Assembly: GCA_031414955.1 (NCBI GenBank)
Contig: JANOQV010000105.1
Coordinates: 32,001-96,000, forward strand
DNA from: Pedosphaera sp.
GTDB lineage: Bacteria > Verrucomicrobiota > Verrucomicrobiia > Limisphaerales > SIBH01
Reading direction: 5' to 3'
Length of the DNA: 64,000 nucleotides
How positions within the stretch are numbered: the first letter of the stretch is position 1; the number at the start of each line of letters is the position of its first letter. Position numbers and translations under genes: made by a program. Below, piece after piece: positions 28,558-38,666 of this stretch. The notes beneath the pieces were generated by a model. It made no database searches. It was given only the letters and a program-made list of their open reading frames with translations, and was not told where the DNA came from.

Positions 28558-29631
28558 ATGCGCAGTGAATTGAACAACGCCCAACGAATCGTCGTGAAGC
28601 TCGGCACGGCCGTGCTCACGGACCAACACAAGCAGCCCGACCTCGCCCAAATGGGGCAGCTCGTGGCGCAAATGTCTCAACTCCGCAAAGACGGGAAGGA
28701 AGTCGTCATCGTCACCTCCGGCGCGGTCGGCGCAGGCATGGGCGTGCTCGGATACGAGGACCGGCCCAGCTCGGTCGCGGAACAGCAGGCCTGCGCGGCC
28801 GTCGGCCAGTCGCGGCTCATGGCGACTTACGAGAAGCTCTTTGCCCACTACGGTTTGCACGTCGGGCAAGTGTTGGTCACGCACGCGGACTTGCAGGACG
28901 AGCAACGCCATCGCAACGCGCGCAACACTCTCACCACCCTGCTCCGCCGCGGCGTCATCCCCGTCATCAACGAGAACGACGCCGTCTCCACCACCGAGCT
29001 GAAGTTCGGCGACAACGACAAGCTCTCCGCGCTCATCGCCGCGCTGCTGCCGGCGGATCTGCTGGTGATTCTCACCAGCGTGGACGGGGTGATTGAACAC
29101 TTTGGCAAGGCGAACGCGCGGCGGCTGTCCGTGATCGAGTCCATCGACGGACAGATCGAATCGATAGCCGGCGGAACAACGAGCGCGACGGCGGTGGGCG
29201 GGATGAAGTCGAAAATTCAAGCGGCGAAGATTGTCGTCCGCAGCGGCATCCCGCTGATCATCGCACCGGGACGTGGCAAGAAAGTGCTCGCCGAAATCAT
29301 GGCAGGCGAAGATGTCGGCACACTGTTCCAACCGCAGCCTGGCAAACTGCGCGGACGCAAGCGCTGGATCGCATTTTTTCATCATCCGCAGGGCGCAGTC
29401 ATCGTGGACGCAGGCGCGCGACGCGCGCTCGTCGAGAACGGCCGCAGCCTGCTGCCGCCCGGCGTGACCCGCTGTGAAGGCACGTTCGCCGCCGGCGACA
29501 TCGTGAGCATCTGCGACGGCGACGGCCTGGAGTTTGCGCGCGGCATCGCACGCTGCGGCGCGGCGGAGATCAGCGAGCGCAAGGCGGCGCGCGGTGAAGT
29601 CGTGCATCGGGATGACTTGGTAATTCTGTGA
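28558..29631 (+). CDS. proB: Glutamate 5-kinase
   Basis: VVKLGT, TSGAVGAG, NENDAV, FGDNDKLSA, PUA domain ending VVHRDDL. Confidence 0.96.
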   Translation: MRSELNNAQRIVVKLGTAVLTDQHKQPDLAQMGQLVAQMSQLRKDGKEVVIVTSGAVGAGMGVLGYEDRPSSVAEQQACAAVGQSRLMATYEKLFAHYGLHVGQVLVTHADLQDEQRHRNARNTLTTLLRRGVIPVINENDAVSTTELKFGDNDKLSALIAALLPADLLVILTSVDGVIEHFGKANARRLSVIESIDGQIESIAGGTTSATAVGGMKSKIQAAKIVVRSGIPLIIAPGRGKKVLAEIMAGEDVGTLFQPQPGKLRGRKRWIAFFHHPQGAVIVDAGARRALVENGRSLLPPGVTRCEGTFAAGDIVSICDGDGLEFARGIARCGAAEISERKAARGEVVHRDDLVIL

Positions 29632-30284
29632 AAAGGAAATCCCCCGCCATCAACGACCTGCTCGCCGTCATGGCAAAACTCCGCTCGCCCAAGGGCTGCC
29701 CGTGGGACCGCGAGCAGGATCACATGACCCTGCGCTTTCACGCGGTCGAGGAAGTCTATGAACTGATGGACGCCATCGAAGCCGGCGACGATCACGAGAT
29801 GGCGGAGGAACTGGGCGACCTCTTGCTGCAAGTCGTCTTTCATTGCCAGCTCGCGCGCGAGCGCGGCGCGTTCGACTTCGAAAAGGTGGCGCGCATCATC
29901 ACGGACAAGCTCATCCGCCGCCACCCGCACGTCTTCGGCGACGTGAAGGTGAAGAACGTCGCCCAGGTCTGGGCCAACTGGGAGCAGATCAAGCGGGCCG
30001 AGAAGAAGGGCACGAAACATGACCGGCCCTCGGCCTTCGACGGCATCCCGAAACACCTCCCCGCCCTGCTCCGCGCCGAGAAACTGGTGAAGAAGGCGCG
30101 CAAGGCGAAGGTGTTTGGTGAATTGAAGGGCGGACCGAAGTTCTCACGTCAGGATGTCAGTCGCGCGCTCTTTGCCGCGGTGGAAATGGCCCAGCAACGC
30201 GGCTGGTCCGCCGAGGAATTGCTGCGCGCAGAAACCAAGCGATGGGAGCGCGTGTGGCGCAAGATGGAGGCGAAGAAACCTTAG
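29628..30284 (+). CDS. mazG: MazG-family nucleoside triphosphate pyrophosphohydrolase
   Basis: GCPWDREQ, EEVYE, EELGDLLLQVVFH, KLIRRHPHVF. Confidence 0.93.
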   Translation: MKRKSPAINDLLAVMAKLRSPKGCPWDREQDHMTLRFHAVEEVYELMDAIEAGDDHEMAEELGDLLLQVVFHCQLARERGAFDFEKVARIITDKLIRRHPHVFGDVKVKNVAQVWANWEQIKRAEKKGTKHDRPSAFDGIPKHLPALLRAEKLVKKARKAKVFGELKGGPKFSRQDVSRALFAAVEMAQQRGWSAEELLRAETKRWERVWRKMEAKKP

Positions 30285-30289
30285 CGCCA

Positions 30290-30480
30290 AAGCCGCGGCA
30301 GCAAGTAGCCCACAGCGTGAACTGTGGGCCACGAGTCATCAAAGATTTCAGCCCCGGCGGGGCGAAAGAACTTTGGCCCGATGGGAGTCTCTATCTTGCG
30401 CCCCGCTGGGTCTTGAGCCTTCTCGTGCGCTGATCCCACGGCTGACGCCGTGGGCTACTCTCCAACGCCGCTCTGCGGCT
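30290..30480. repeat. REP dimer (REPIN-like palindrome) between convergent genes
   Basis: Left arm TAGCCCACAG..CTGTGGG..AGCCCCGGCGGGGCG mirrored by CGCCCCGCTGGGTCT..CCCACGG..CCGTGGGCTA. Confidence 0.7.
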
Positions 30481-30521
30481 CCAGTGTCGAGTCCACGCGC
30501 AACTGCACCCGTCTTGTCCTG

Positions 30522-31397
30522 CTAAAACTTCACACCTTCGAGATACTTCAAACTGCCCGGCATGTGCCGCGCGGCCTCATCCGCCTCGTCTTCGATGAAG
30601 TACCATTTCACATCCGCCTTTTTCGCCGCCGCGAGAATGGCCGGCCAGTCCATGACGCCGGTGCCGAGTTCCACGTCGTTGTTCACATCGGACTTGCCGG
30701 TGAGGTCGCCCTTGGTGCCGATCTTCATATCCTTGACGTGCATCAGCTCGAAACGGCTGCCGTACTTGTTGAGCAGCTTGACCGGGTCCTGGCCGGGATG
30801 GACGACCCAGAAGACATCCATCTCGTAGCTCACCAGCTTGGGATCGGTCTCAGCCATGATGAGGTCGAAGAGCGTGCCGTTGCCGTGCGGACGGAACTCA
30901 TAGCCGTGCGTGTGGTAGAAGAATTTGATGCCGTGCTCGGCCAGCGCCTTGCCGGCTGCGTTGAACACCGCCGCTGCGTCGCGCGCTTCCTTCTCATCGA
31001 AGTCACCCTGGTGCGGAATCCACGCGCAGCCGGCGAACTTCAAGCCCAGTTCCTCGGCCAGATGCGCCACGCCGTGGGCGTTGGTGCGATACATGTCGTA
31101 GGAAAAATGGCCGCTGACCGCATTCAACCCGTTGGACTTGAGCAGGGCGAGGAAAGGCTCCGGCTTCATGTCGTAAGTGCCGGCGAGTTCCACGTCCTTG
31201 AAGCCGAAGGTCGCAACCCGGGCCATCGTGCCCGGCACGTCCTTCTTGAAATCCGCGCGCAAGCTGTAGAGTTGGAGGCCAATCGGCCCCTTGAAACTCG
31301 CGCCGGTCCCGGCAGTGGGAGCGCTGGCGCAGCCGGAGAACAGCAGCGCGGCCAGGACGGTTGAACCTACAACGGCGAACAAGGTGAAGTGCTTCAT
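30522..31397 (-). CDS. Sugar phosphate isomerase/epimerase TIM-barrel lipoprotein
   Basis: Lipobox [35 protein letters not shown]. Confidence 0.88.
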   Translation of the reverse strand: MKHFTLFAVVGSTVLAALLFSGCASAPTAGTGASFKGPIGLQLYSLRADFKKDVPGTMARVATFGFKDVELAGTYDMKPEPFLALLKSNGLNAVSGHFSYDMYRTNAHGVAHLAEELGLKFAGCAWIPHQGDFDEKEARDAAAVFNAAGKALAEHGIKFFYHTHGYEFRPHGNGTLFDLIMAETDPKLVSYEMDVFWVVHPGQDPVKLLNKYGSRFELMHVKDMKIGTKGDLTGKSDVNNDVELGTGVMDWPAILAAAKKADVKWYFIEDEADEAARHMPGSLKYLEGVKF

Positions 31398-31494
31398 GCG
31401 CGGATTAAGCCGAAGCGGCGCACGGCCCGCAAGTGGAGTTTGGTGTTGGCCCCGCCCCGGCGCATCCCTACGCTCGCGCCGAATTCCAAAAGGC

Positions 31495-32970
31495 ATGAAC
31501 GACGCAAACACGACCGCCGCGGTTTCCTCCGATGCGCCCGCGCGCGAAGCGGAGACGCTCCGCGAGATCTCGCCCCAGCAATGGAAGTCCGGCACCGCCG
31601 CGTGGCTGGGCTGGCTCTTCGACGGGCTGGACATGCACATCTACACGCTGGTGGCGACGGCGTTCGTCGCGATTCTTCTGAACGGCGACAGCTTCCGTTC
31701 GGAGTTCTCCAAGCTCGACGCGGATGGCAACAGCCAGATCACGATGCTCGAATGGGCCGGCGCAGAACAGTTCGCTCAAGCGGATCGAGATGGGAGTGGA
31801 ACCGTCTCGCGCGAAGAGCATGAAGTTTTCGCCGCGCGCAGCCACACCGGCGATCAGGCGACGAAGGAGAAAAGCTCGTGGATTCAGGCGGCGTTCCTCG
31901 TCGGCTGGGCGCTGGGCGGGGCGTTCTTCGGGCGCATTGGCGATTTGCTCGGACGCAGCCGCGCGCTCTGCCTCACGGTCCTGACTTATGCACTGTTTAC
32001 CGGCCTCTCGTTCTTCGCGCAAGAATGGTGGCATCTGCTCATCTTCCGTTTTCTCGCCGCGCTTGGCATTGGTGGTGAATGGGCCGTCGGCTCCACGTTG
32101 CTCGCCGAGACCTGGCCCAAACGCTGGCGGCCTTGGACGGCGGCCGTGTTGCAAACCGGGGTGAACCTCGGCGTGCTCGTCGCCTGCCTCGCGGGCGTGT
32201 TGCTCCAGGGGCGTCATCCGAAATGGATCTTCCTCATCGGCGTGGTGCCGGCGCTGCTCGTCTTCTGGATTCGCCGCCATGTCCCGGAGCCGGAAGCCTG
32301 GAGCGCGGCGGCGGCGAAAAAGGCGCGTCCACCCAGCGTGGGCGATTTGTTTCGCGGCCCCACGCGCCGGATCACCCTGGTCTCCATCCTGATCTGCGCG
32401 CTCGGCCTCACCGGATGGTGGGCCTTCATGTTCTGGCAGGCGCAACACGTCCGCAGCCTGCCCGAGGTCGTCGCGATGGGCGCGGGCGAGCGGGACCGGT
32501 TGGTCGCGGTCACCTTCGCCCTCATCATCAGCATCTCCATCATCGGGAACTTCGTGGCGGGCGCGCTGGCGAAAAGATTTGGCTACAAAACCGCGCTCGT
32601 GATCATGTTCGGCGGATTCTTCGTCACCTTCCTCGCCACCTTCGGCCCGGAGCATCCGCTGCCGGCGCTGACCCGCTTCTGGCTGCCGGCGGTGGGATTC
32701 TGGAGCGGCTTGTTCGGACTGTTCACCATGCTGCTGCCGCCGCTCTTTCCGACCCTGCTGCGCACCACGGGCGCGGGCTTCTGCTACAACATCGGCCGTA
32801 TCGCCGCCGCCGCCGGCACGATCTTCGCCGCGCAGATTTCGCGCGGGGGCAACTTCCGACAGACGCTGTTCTACACCGGCTTCCTCTTCCTCCTCGCCAT
32901 TCCCGCCGTGCTGCTGCTGCCCAAGTCCACCGGCGAGGAACCCGCGGCCGCCACGGAACCGGTGGATTGA
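31495..32970 (+). CDS. MFS transporter with an inserted EF-hand pair
   Basis: WLFDGLD (TM1), [11 protein letters not shown] (motif A), [18 protein letters not shown] and [12 protein letters not shown] between TM1 and TM2. Confidence 0.9.
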   Translation: MNDANTTAAVSSDAPAREAETLREISPQQWKSGTAAWLGWLFDGLDMHIYTLVATAFVAILLNGDSFRSEFSKLDADGNSQITMLEWAGAEQFAQADRDGSGTVSREEHEVFAARSHTGDQATKEKSSWIQAAFLVGWALGGAFFGRIGDLLGRSRALCLTVLTYALFTGLSFFAQEWWHLLIFRFLAALGIGGEWAVGSTLLAETWPKRWRPWTAAVLQTGVNLGVLVACLAGVLLQGRHPKWIFLIGVVPALLVFWIRRHVPEPEAWSAAAAKKARPPSVGDLFRGPTRRITLVSILICALGLTGWWAFMFWQAQHVRSLPEVVAMGAGERDRLVAVTFALIISISIIGNFVAGALAKRFGYKTALVIMFGGFFVTFLATFGPEHPLPALTRFWLPAVGFWSGLFGLFTMLLPPLFPTLLRTTGAGFCYNIGRIAAAAGTIFAAQISRGGNFRQTLFYTGFLFLLAIPAVLLLPKSTGEEPAAATEPVD

Positions 32971-33017
32971 TTCCGCTTGCCAGTCCGCGCGGCGGACAGG
33001 AACTTCGCCGTGCTCGC

Positions 33018-34175
33018 ATGAATGTCCGCTTAAACAGCTTCGTTGGAGCACTGCTGCTGGCCGCCGTGGCGCAGGCCAGTCCGCCGGGAGAATCCTTCTT
33101 CACCAACCGCGTCCCGCACGCCTTCGAGATCGAGATCCCCTGGACGAACCTCGTCGCGTTGCGCCGCGAACCGCGCGAGTACGTGCGGGCTACCGTCCGC
33201 TGCGCTGGCCTCAGCTACACCAACGTCGGCGTTCACATCAAGGGCGTGGCCACCTTCCGCCCCATCGACGACAAGCCGTCGCTGACCTTGAACTTCAGCA
33301 AGTTCGCCCCCAAGCAACGCTTTCACGGGCTGAAGAAGGTTCATCTCAACAACGGCAAGGAAGACCCCTCGTTCCTCTGCGAAGCTCTCAGTGCGGAAAT
33401 GTTCGCTGCCGGTGGTCTGTCCGTGGCGCGCGTGACGCACGCCAGCGCGAAGTTGAACGGCCGCGACCTCGGGGCCTACGCGGCCATCGAGGGATTCACC
33501 GAGGAATTCCTGGGCCGCTACTTCGAGAAGACCAAGGGCAACCTCTACGACAGCGGTTTCCGCAAGGACATCAACGCCTCGCTGGAGAAACTCTCGGGCA
33601 AGAAGCCCCACGACTGGGCCGACCTGCAACAGCTCGCCGCCGCCGCGCGCACGCCCGACCTGACGCAGCGTTGGGAGCGCTTGACGCGCTCGCTCGACAC
33701 GAACAACTTCGCGCGCTACCTGGCCATGCAGGTGCTCACGGCCAACTGGGACGGCTACGCGATGTACAAAAATAATTACCGCCTCTATCACGACCCAGCT
33801 TCCGACCGGCTCTTCTTCATGCCCCACGGGATGGATCAGATGTTCGCGCGCCCCACCATGCCGATGGTGCCGGTGTGGCAGGGCTTGGTGGCGAATGCAT
33901 TCATGGCAACCTCCGAGGGCCAGGCGCTGTACCAGGAACACGTCGCGATGCTCTACACCAACACTTATCAGACCGAGGTGCTGGTGGGCCGGGTCGATGA
34001 ACTCGCGGCCCGCGTGCGTCCGCTGCTCGGGGCCGGCCACGATGTGCCGCCCGAGGAACACGACGCTCTCGTCGCCCTGCTGCGCCGGCAAATCGTCCAG
34101 CGCGGCGCGTTCCTCGGCCAGCAACTCGGCACCACCAACTGGATGACCCCGCGCCGCTGGGTGGCGCGGCCTTGA
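33018..34175 (+). CDS. CotH kinase family secreted protein
   Basis: VGVHIKG, KPSLTLNF, LNN, NWDGY, NNYRLY, PHGMDQ. Confidence 0.85.
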   Translation: MNVRLNSFVGALLLAAVAQASPPGESFFTNRVPHAFEIEIPWTNLVALRREPREYVRATVRCAGLSYTNVGVHIKGVATFRPIDDKPSLTLNFSKFAPKQRFHGLKKVHLNNGKEDPSFLCEALSAEMFAAGGLSVARVTHASAKLNGRDLGAYAAIEGFTEEFLGRYFEKTKGNLYDSGFRKDINASLEKLSGKKPHDWADLQQLAAAARTPDLTQRWERLTRSLDTNNFARYLAMQVLTANWDGYAMYKNNYRLYHDPASDRLFFMPHGMDQMFARPTMPMVPVWQGLVANAFMATSEGQALYQEHVAMLYTNTYQTEVLVGRVDELAARVRPLLGAGHDVPPEEHDALVALLRRQIVQRGAFLGQQLGTTNWMTPRRWVARP

Positions 34176-34291
34176 GGTCAGGGTCAGTTTGGAGGCCACC
34201 CGGCCCACGCCCCGCCGGAAGAGAGACGGAAAAGCGAAAGGCCAGGGAGGTGGCGGCGACCTCCGACCGTGTGCCGGGCGGGTTCAACCCC

Positions 34292-34522
34292 CAGGGCCGA
34301 CGCATCTCAATTTGGTGAGATCCCACGGGGGAAAACCCAAACCCCAAACACCAGGGAAGCTCCAAACCCCAAGATCCAAGCGGTGGCGGCTCCGACTGGG
34401 CCGATGGCCTGGAGGCTCCGGGGCGCTTTGAGGTTTGGAGCTTGGGGTTTCTCTGGTGCTTGGTGCTTGGGGTTTGGGGTTTCGGAGGCTCGTGGCGCGC
34501 CGATTTAGATGCGTCGGCCCGG
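34292..34522. mobile_element. ISAs1-family-like MITE with 10-bp target site duplication
   Basis: TIRs CAGGGCCGACGCATCTCAAT / ATTTAGATGCGTCGGCCCGG; GTTCAACCCC at 34282-34291 and 34523-34532; internal inverted heptamer repeats. Confidence 0.75.
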
Positions 34523-34618
34523 GTTCAACCCCGGATGGAAAGGACGCTGCGCGCGACCACACCCCACTTCCAAACCATCCTCCCCGCCGCGCTCCGGTCC
34601 TTTCCAATCCTTTGGTGA

Positions 34619-35080
34619 TTAGGCGGCATCGTCTTCATACCAAAGTGAAAAGTCAGCAAATCGAATCTGCAACTCAATGCCGGATGAGAACAGAATACGA
34701 TGCTCGAAGAGGCCAGCCGAGATGACCTCAATCTCGTCATAGCCTAAATCGCCGTAACCATGCGGCCCACCCAAGCCCTTCTTGGGGTCGGCAGTGCTGG
34801 TGAGCGAGCGAACATCTCGGTAAGTCAGCCGAAACTCACGGCTGCCGGGAGAATACTTGCCTTTGTCTCTGCGCTCACCATCAAGTCGCAACTCAAGTGT
34901 GCCGTCCATGAAATGTAGCCGGCGCAAATGAGAATCGTGCAAACTGACATCCCAATGAAGCCGCTTGAGGTCGGCTGGGAGAGATGCCTGAACCGACTCC
35001 ATGTAGCGACAGTATTTGTCGTTTACAGCCATCTGGTTCTTCACTTTGCCTTCCCACCATTTGAGCGTGAAATACTTCAT
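34619..35080 (-). CDS. Lower-GC hypothetical protein with integron-cassette-like borders
   Basis: MKYFTLKWW...SLHDS...LGYDEIEV...FEHRILFSSG; preceded by GTTAGGC; stop lies within GCCTAAT. Confidence 0.7.
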   Translation of the reverse strand: MKYFTLKWWEGKVKNQMAVNDKYCRYMESVQASLPADLKRLHWDVSLHDSHLRRLHFMDGTLELRLDGERRDKGKYSPGSREFRLTYRDVRSLTSTADPKKGLGGPHGYGDLGYDEIEVISAGLFEHRILFSSGIELQIRFADFSLWYEDDAA

Positions 35081-35181
35081 GCGCGTAACAGGGTGCCGCC
35101 TAACATTGTTATTAAGCCGCAGTGCTTGCACGGCATCGTGCAAGGTTGATTTCCACTGGAGCCTTTGTTTTCAATGGTCCG

Positions 35182-35406
35182 ATGCAAGCCGACTTCCGCA
35201 TTTCTGTAAAGGATTCTGCGCGCGGTAAAACCCTCAAGGTCCAGCTCGCGCGCGTCCCTTTCAGCCGCCACTTCCTCGTGCGGATGAACGGGGCCAAGTG
35301 GCCGGGGGATGGGCGGCCGGTCTCGTTGTCCAAGGTCTTTGCCTCCTTGCGTAAGGCGGTGGTGCGGCGGGTGGAAGGTGGGTCGGCCGAGCCTGGTGCG
35401 GACTGA
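35182..35406 (+). CDS. Small basic hypothetical protein (74 aa)
   Basis: MQADFRISVKDSARGKTLKVQLARVPFSRHFLVRMNGAKWPGDGRPVSLSKVFASLRKAVV; host-like codon usage. Confidence 0.55.
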   Translation: MQADFRISVKDSARGKTLKVQLARVPFSRHFLVRMNGAKWPGDGRPVSLSKVFASLRKAVVRRVEGGSAEPGAD

Positions 35407-35535
35407 GTGGGCGAAGGTGGACCTGGCCTGGACCACCGTGGGGCGGTGGCAGGAGGTTCCATTTCTGAGCCACGTTTTCCAAGGACGGGACAGGGGCCGC
35501 TTTTTTTCCTCGAAAACCCCGTCGGGAGTGGTCGC

Positions 35536-35703
35536 CAGTTGATATTTTGGCGCGGTCAGTTGATAGGGAGCGACGGACAGTTGATATTTTGGCGTCGGCA
35601 CTCGGTCGGGCGGCGCGGGCGTGTCCTATTTTTGGATCAACTCTGGATCGGGAGGCGTGGCGAGTGGCGGTCGGCGCGGTCCGATGGGGTGCGGAAGCGC
35701 CAA
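35536..35703. repeat. Degenerate 21-bp tandem repeat
   Basis: CAGTTGATA at 35536, 35557 and 35578, followed by decaying units in the same phase. Confidence 0.65.
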
Positions 35704-35746
35704 TATCGTATGGCGGTGCCTGGCGTGGGGGTGGGCGATTTCCCAT

Positions 35747-35828
35747 TTCAAAGTTCAACTGTTCAAAGTTCAGAGTTCAAAGTTTCCGGTGCAGGGCAGG
35801 GAAAAACTTTGAACTTTGAATTCGAACT
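35747..35828. repeat. Inverted heptamer (TTCAAAG) repeat pair
   Basis: ttcaaag..ttcaaag ttcagag ttcaaag, then actttga actttga attcga. Confidence 0.7.
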
Positions 35829-35908
35829 CCGAAGCAGCGGCGGCGCAGCCGCCGGGGTAGCCCGGGCCACTTTTTCCCATTTCAGAGTTCGGATTCAGAG
35901 CAGACACC

Positions 35909-38614
35909 ATGAATCTTCCCGCGCCGGCCTCAGTCCATTTCCGCTTCATGAAATGGAGCAATTGTTTGAGTCGCGCGGCGTCGGTGTGGGTGCTGTCGCT
36001 GTGGGTGCCGTGCTCGCGCGGGGCCGAAGTCCCGCCGGACTACCGCTTCAAGGCGGAGACGCTGGCCACCGGCATGGCGCAGCCGATGGAACTGGAGTTG
36101 GCACCCGACGGGCGCATCTTCTTCAACGAGATCAACGGCAAGCTGCGCCTCTGGAAACCGGGCGCGGGCCTGTTCGAGGCGGGGAAGATTCCGGTGTTTA
36201 CGGCGCAGGAGAATGGGTTCCTCGGCTTCGCACTCGATCCGAAATTCGCGCGCAACGGTCACATCTTCCTCTACTACTCGCCGACCAATCACACCGGTCA
36301 GCGCCTGAGCCGCTTCGTGATGAAGGGCGACACGCTGGACACGGCGAGCGAGAAGACCGTGCTGCAATTTCCCGAGCAGCGGAAGGATTGCTGCCATCAT
36401 GCCGGCTCGGTGGAGTTCGCGCCGGATGGAAATCTGTTCATCTCCACCGGCGACAACACGCATCCCGGCGGTGACTCGGCGGGCTACGCGCCGATGGACG
36501 AGCGGCCCGGCCGCGACGAGTACGACGCGCAAGATGGCCCGGGTAACACGCACGACTTGCGCGGGAAAATTCTCCGCATTCGCGTGACGGCCGACGGCGG
36601 CTACACGATTCCCACTGGCAATCTGTTTCCCAAGGACGGCTCGCAGGGTCGCCCGGAGATTTACGCGATGGGCTGCCGCAATCCGTGGCGCATGAGCGTG
36701 GATGAGAAGACGGGGATCGTCTATTGGGGCGAGGTCGGGCCGGATGCGGGCGGCGACGGCTCGCGGGGGTCGCGCGGTTACGACGAGATCAATCAGGCGA
36801 AGAAGCCGGGGTTCTTCGGCTGGCCGTTTTTCGTGGGGAGCAACTCCGCTTACGCGCGCTACGACTTTGAAACGAAGAAGGTAGGCGAGAAGTTTGATCC
36901 GGCGCGTCCGCTCAACGAGGGGCGCAACAACACGGGCGCGAGAGTGCTGCCGCCCGCGACCCCCGCGTTCATCTACTGGCCCTACGGCGCGTCGAAGGAT
37001 TTCCCCATGCTCGGTGAAGGCGGGCGCACGGCCTGCGCGGGGCCGGTTTTTCACTTCAAATCGAGCTTCAAGAAGACCGGCGGCTTTCCCGAGCACTTCG
37101 ACAATTGTCTGCTCTTTTACGATTGGCAGCGGCCGTTCATGAAGTGGGCGCGGCTGGACAAGGATTCCAACCTCAAGGGCATCGAGCCGTTCACGAGTGC
37201 GGTGTCGTTGATGAACGAGCGCACCAGAATCAACGCCGCCGAGCAGCGGGGCGAATACGTCCTTCGTCGCGTGGTCGATTCGCAGTTTGGTCCCGACGGT
37301 TGCCTCTACCTGCTCGACTACGGCGAGACGTGGGGCGCAAACGCCGACGCCAAGCTGGTGAAGATTTCTTATCAGTGGGGCAACCTTGCTCCTGTCGCCA
37401 AAGCCACCGCCACTCCGGGTGCCGGACGCGAACCGCTCATGGTTGCACTTTCCGCCGCTGGCTCGAAGGATCATGAGGGCGACGCCTTGCGCCATGAGTG
37501 GCGCTTGCACCCCGGCGGAAAACTACTGGCCAAGGAAGCGAACGCGCGGGCGATCATCGACCAACCCGGCAATTACGTCCTCGAACTCATCGTCACCGAC
37601 AGCAAGGGCGCGAGGGGCCAGACCAGTCTGCCGTTGACCGTGGGGAACACGCCGCCCCAAGTCGCCTTCAAGGAACCGCACGAGGGCGATTTCTTCACGC
37701 CGGGCAAACCACTGGGCTACGAAGTCGCCGTGCGCGACGCCGAGGACGGCCGTTCCGAGAATGAAGACGAGTTCATGGACGCGCGCGTTTACGTCAGCGC
37801 GAAGTGGAGCCGCGGCGAGGGCAAGGAACAGACTGATGAACCGGGTCTCGCGCTGATGAAGCAGAGCGATTGCTTCAACTGCCACGCCGTCGAGTCGAAG
37901 ATCGTCGGCCCGCCTTTCCTCGACGTGGCGAAGAAGTATCGCGGCCAGCCAGGCGCGTTCGAGGCCAGCGTGCAGCGCGTGCGCCTCGGCAGCAGCAAGG
38001 TCTGGAGCGAGGTGCCGATGCTCCCGCATGAATCGATGAGCGCGGACCAGATTCAACTGATGGTGCGCTGGGTTTACGGCCTGGAGCCGGGCAAGGCCGG
38101 CGCGGGGCTTATCCGCGGCCTGCGCGGCGAATTGAGGGCGCCGAAGGACGATAAGATGCGCACCGCCATTCTCGAAGCCAGCTACACCGACGGCGGACGC
38201 GCGCCCGCTGGTTCGCTCGCTGGCTCCACGACTGTGAAGCTCCGTCATCGTCGCCTCGAAGCCGAGCGCGCCGACACCATCACCGGCGCGAAGATTCTCG
38301 GCAGCAGCGTCGGGGCGATTGATCACGGCCATTGGCTCCGCTTCGCCGCGTTGAATCTTTCAGACTCAACGAACGCCACGGTGCGGGCCTCATCCGGCAA
38401 CGTGGGCGGCGTCATCGAAGTGCGTTCGGGTTCAGCGACCGGCGAACTGCTCGCCAGCTTCGAGGTAAAATCCACCGGCGGCTGGGACAAATGGGTGGAA
38501 CTCACTTCTCCGCTCAAGCCGGCGACTCGCGGCGATGTGTTCGTCGTCTTCACCAATCCCGGCAAAGGCGGCTTGATGAACCTCGACTGGATTCAGTTCA
38601 ACGCGCAGCCGTAG
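35909..38614 (+). CDS. PQQ-dependent sugar dehydrogenase (GSDH propeller) + PKD + cytochrome c + CBM6-like module
   Basis: CCHHAG, LRGKILRI, GCRNPWR, CFNCH heme motif, C-terminal TGGWDKW...NLDWIQF. Confidence 0.88.
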   Translation: MNLPAPASVHFRFMKWSNCLSRAASVWVLSLWVPCSRGAEVPPDYRFKAETLATGMAQPMELELAPDGRIFFNEINGKLRLWKPGAGLFEAGKIPVFTAQENGFLGFALDPKFARNGHIFLYYSPTNHTGQRLSRFVMKGDTLDTASEKTVLQFPEQRKDCCHHAGSVEFAPDGNLFISTGDNTHPGGDSAGYAPMDERPGRDEYDAQDGPGNTHDLRGKILRIRVTADGGYTIPTGNLFPKDGSQGRPEIYAMGCRNPWRMSVDEKTGIVYWGEVGPDAGGDGSRGSRGYDEINQAKKPGFFGWPFFVGSNSAYARYDFETKKVGEKFDPARPLNEGRNNTGARVLPPATPAFIYWPYGASKDFPMLGEGGRTACAGPVFHFKSSFKKTGGFPEHFDNCLLFYDWQRPFMKWARLDKDSNLKGIEPFTSAVSLMNERTRINAAEQRGEYVLRRVVDSQFGPDGCLYLLDYGETWGANADAKLVKISYQWGNLAPVAKATATPGAGREPLMVALSAAGSKDHEGDALRHEWRLHPGGKLLAKEANARAIIDQPGNYVLELIVTDSKGARGQTSLPLTVGNTPPQVAFKEPHEGDFFTPGKPLGYEVAVRDAEDGRSENEDEFMDARVYVSAKWSRGEGKEQTDEPGLALMKQSDCFNCHAVESKIVGPPFLDVAKKYRGQPGAFEASVQRVRLGSSKVWSEVPMLPHESMSADQIQLMVRWVYGLEPGKAGAGLIRGLRGELRAPKDDKMRTAILEASYTDGGRAPAGSLAGSTTVKLRHRRLEAERADTITGAKILGSSVGAIDHGHWLRFAALNLSDSTNATVRASSGNVGGVIEVRSGSATGELLASFEVKSTGGWDKWVELTSPLKPATRGDVFVVFTNPGKGGLMNLDWIQFNAQP

Positions 38615-38666
38615 CGGACCAGTCTCTGGGGTTGAACGGACACTGGTCCTTGCTCATGCTCGCGAC

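Noticed and set aside
32079..33017. N-terminal extension of the CotH ORF
   Set aside because: Overlaps the MFS gene in another frame; the signal peptide begins at ATG 33018
35536..35703. Possible CRISPR array
   Set aside because: Period is only 21 bp, units decay, there are no unique 30-40 bp spacers and no cas genes
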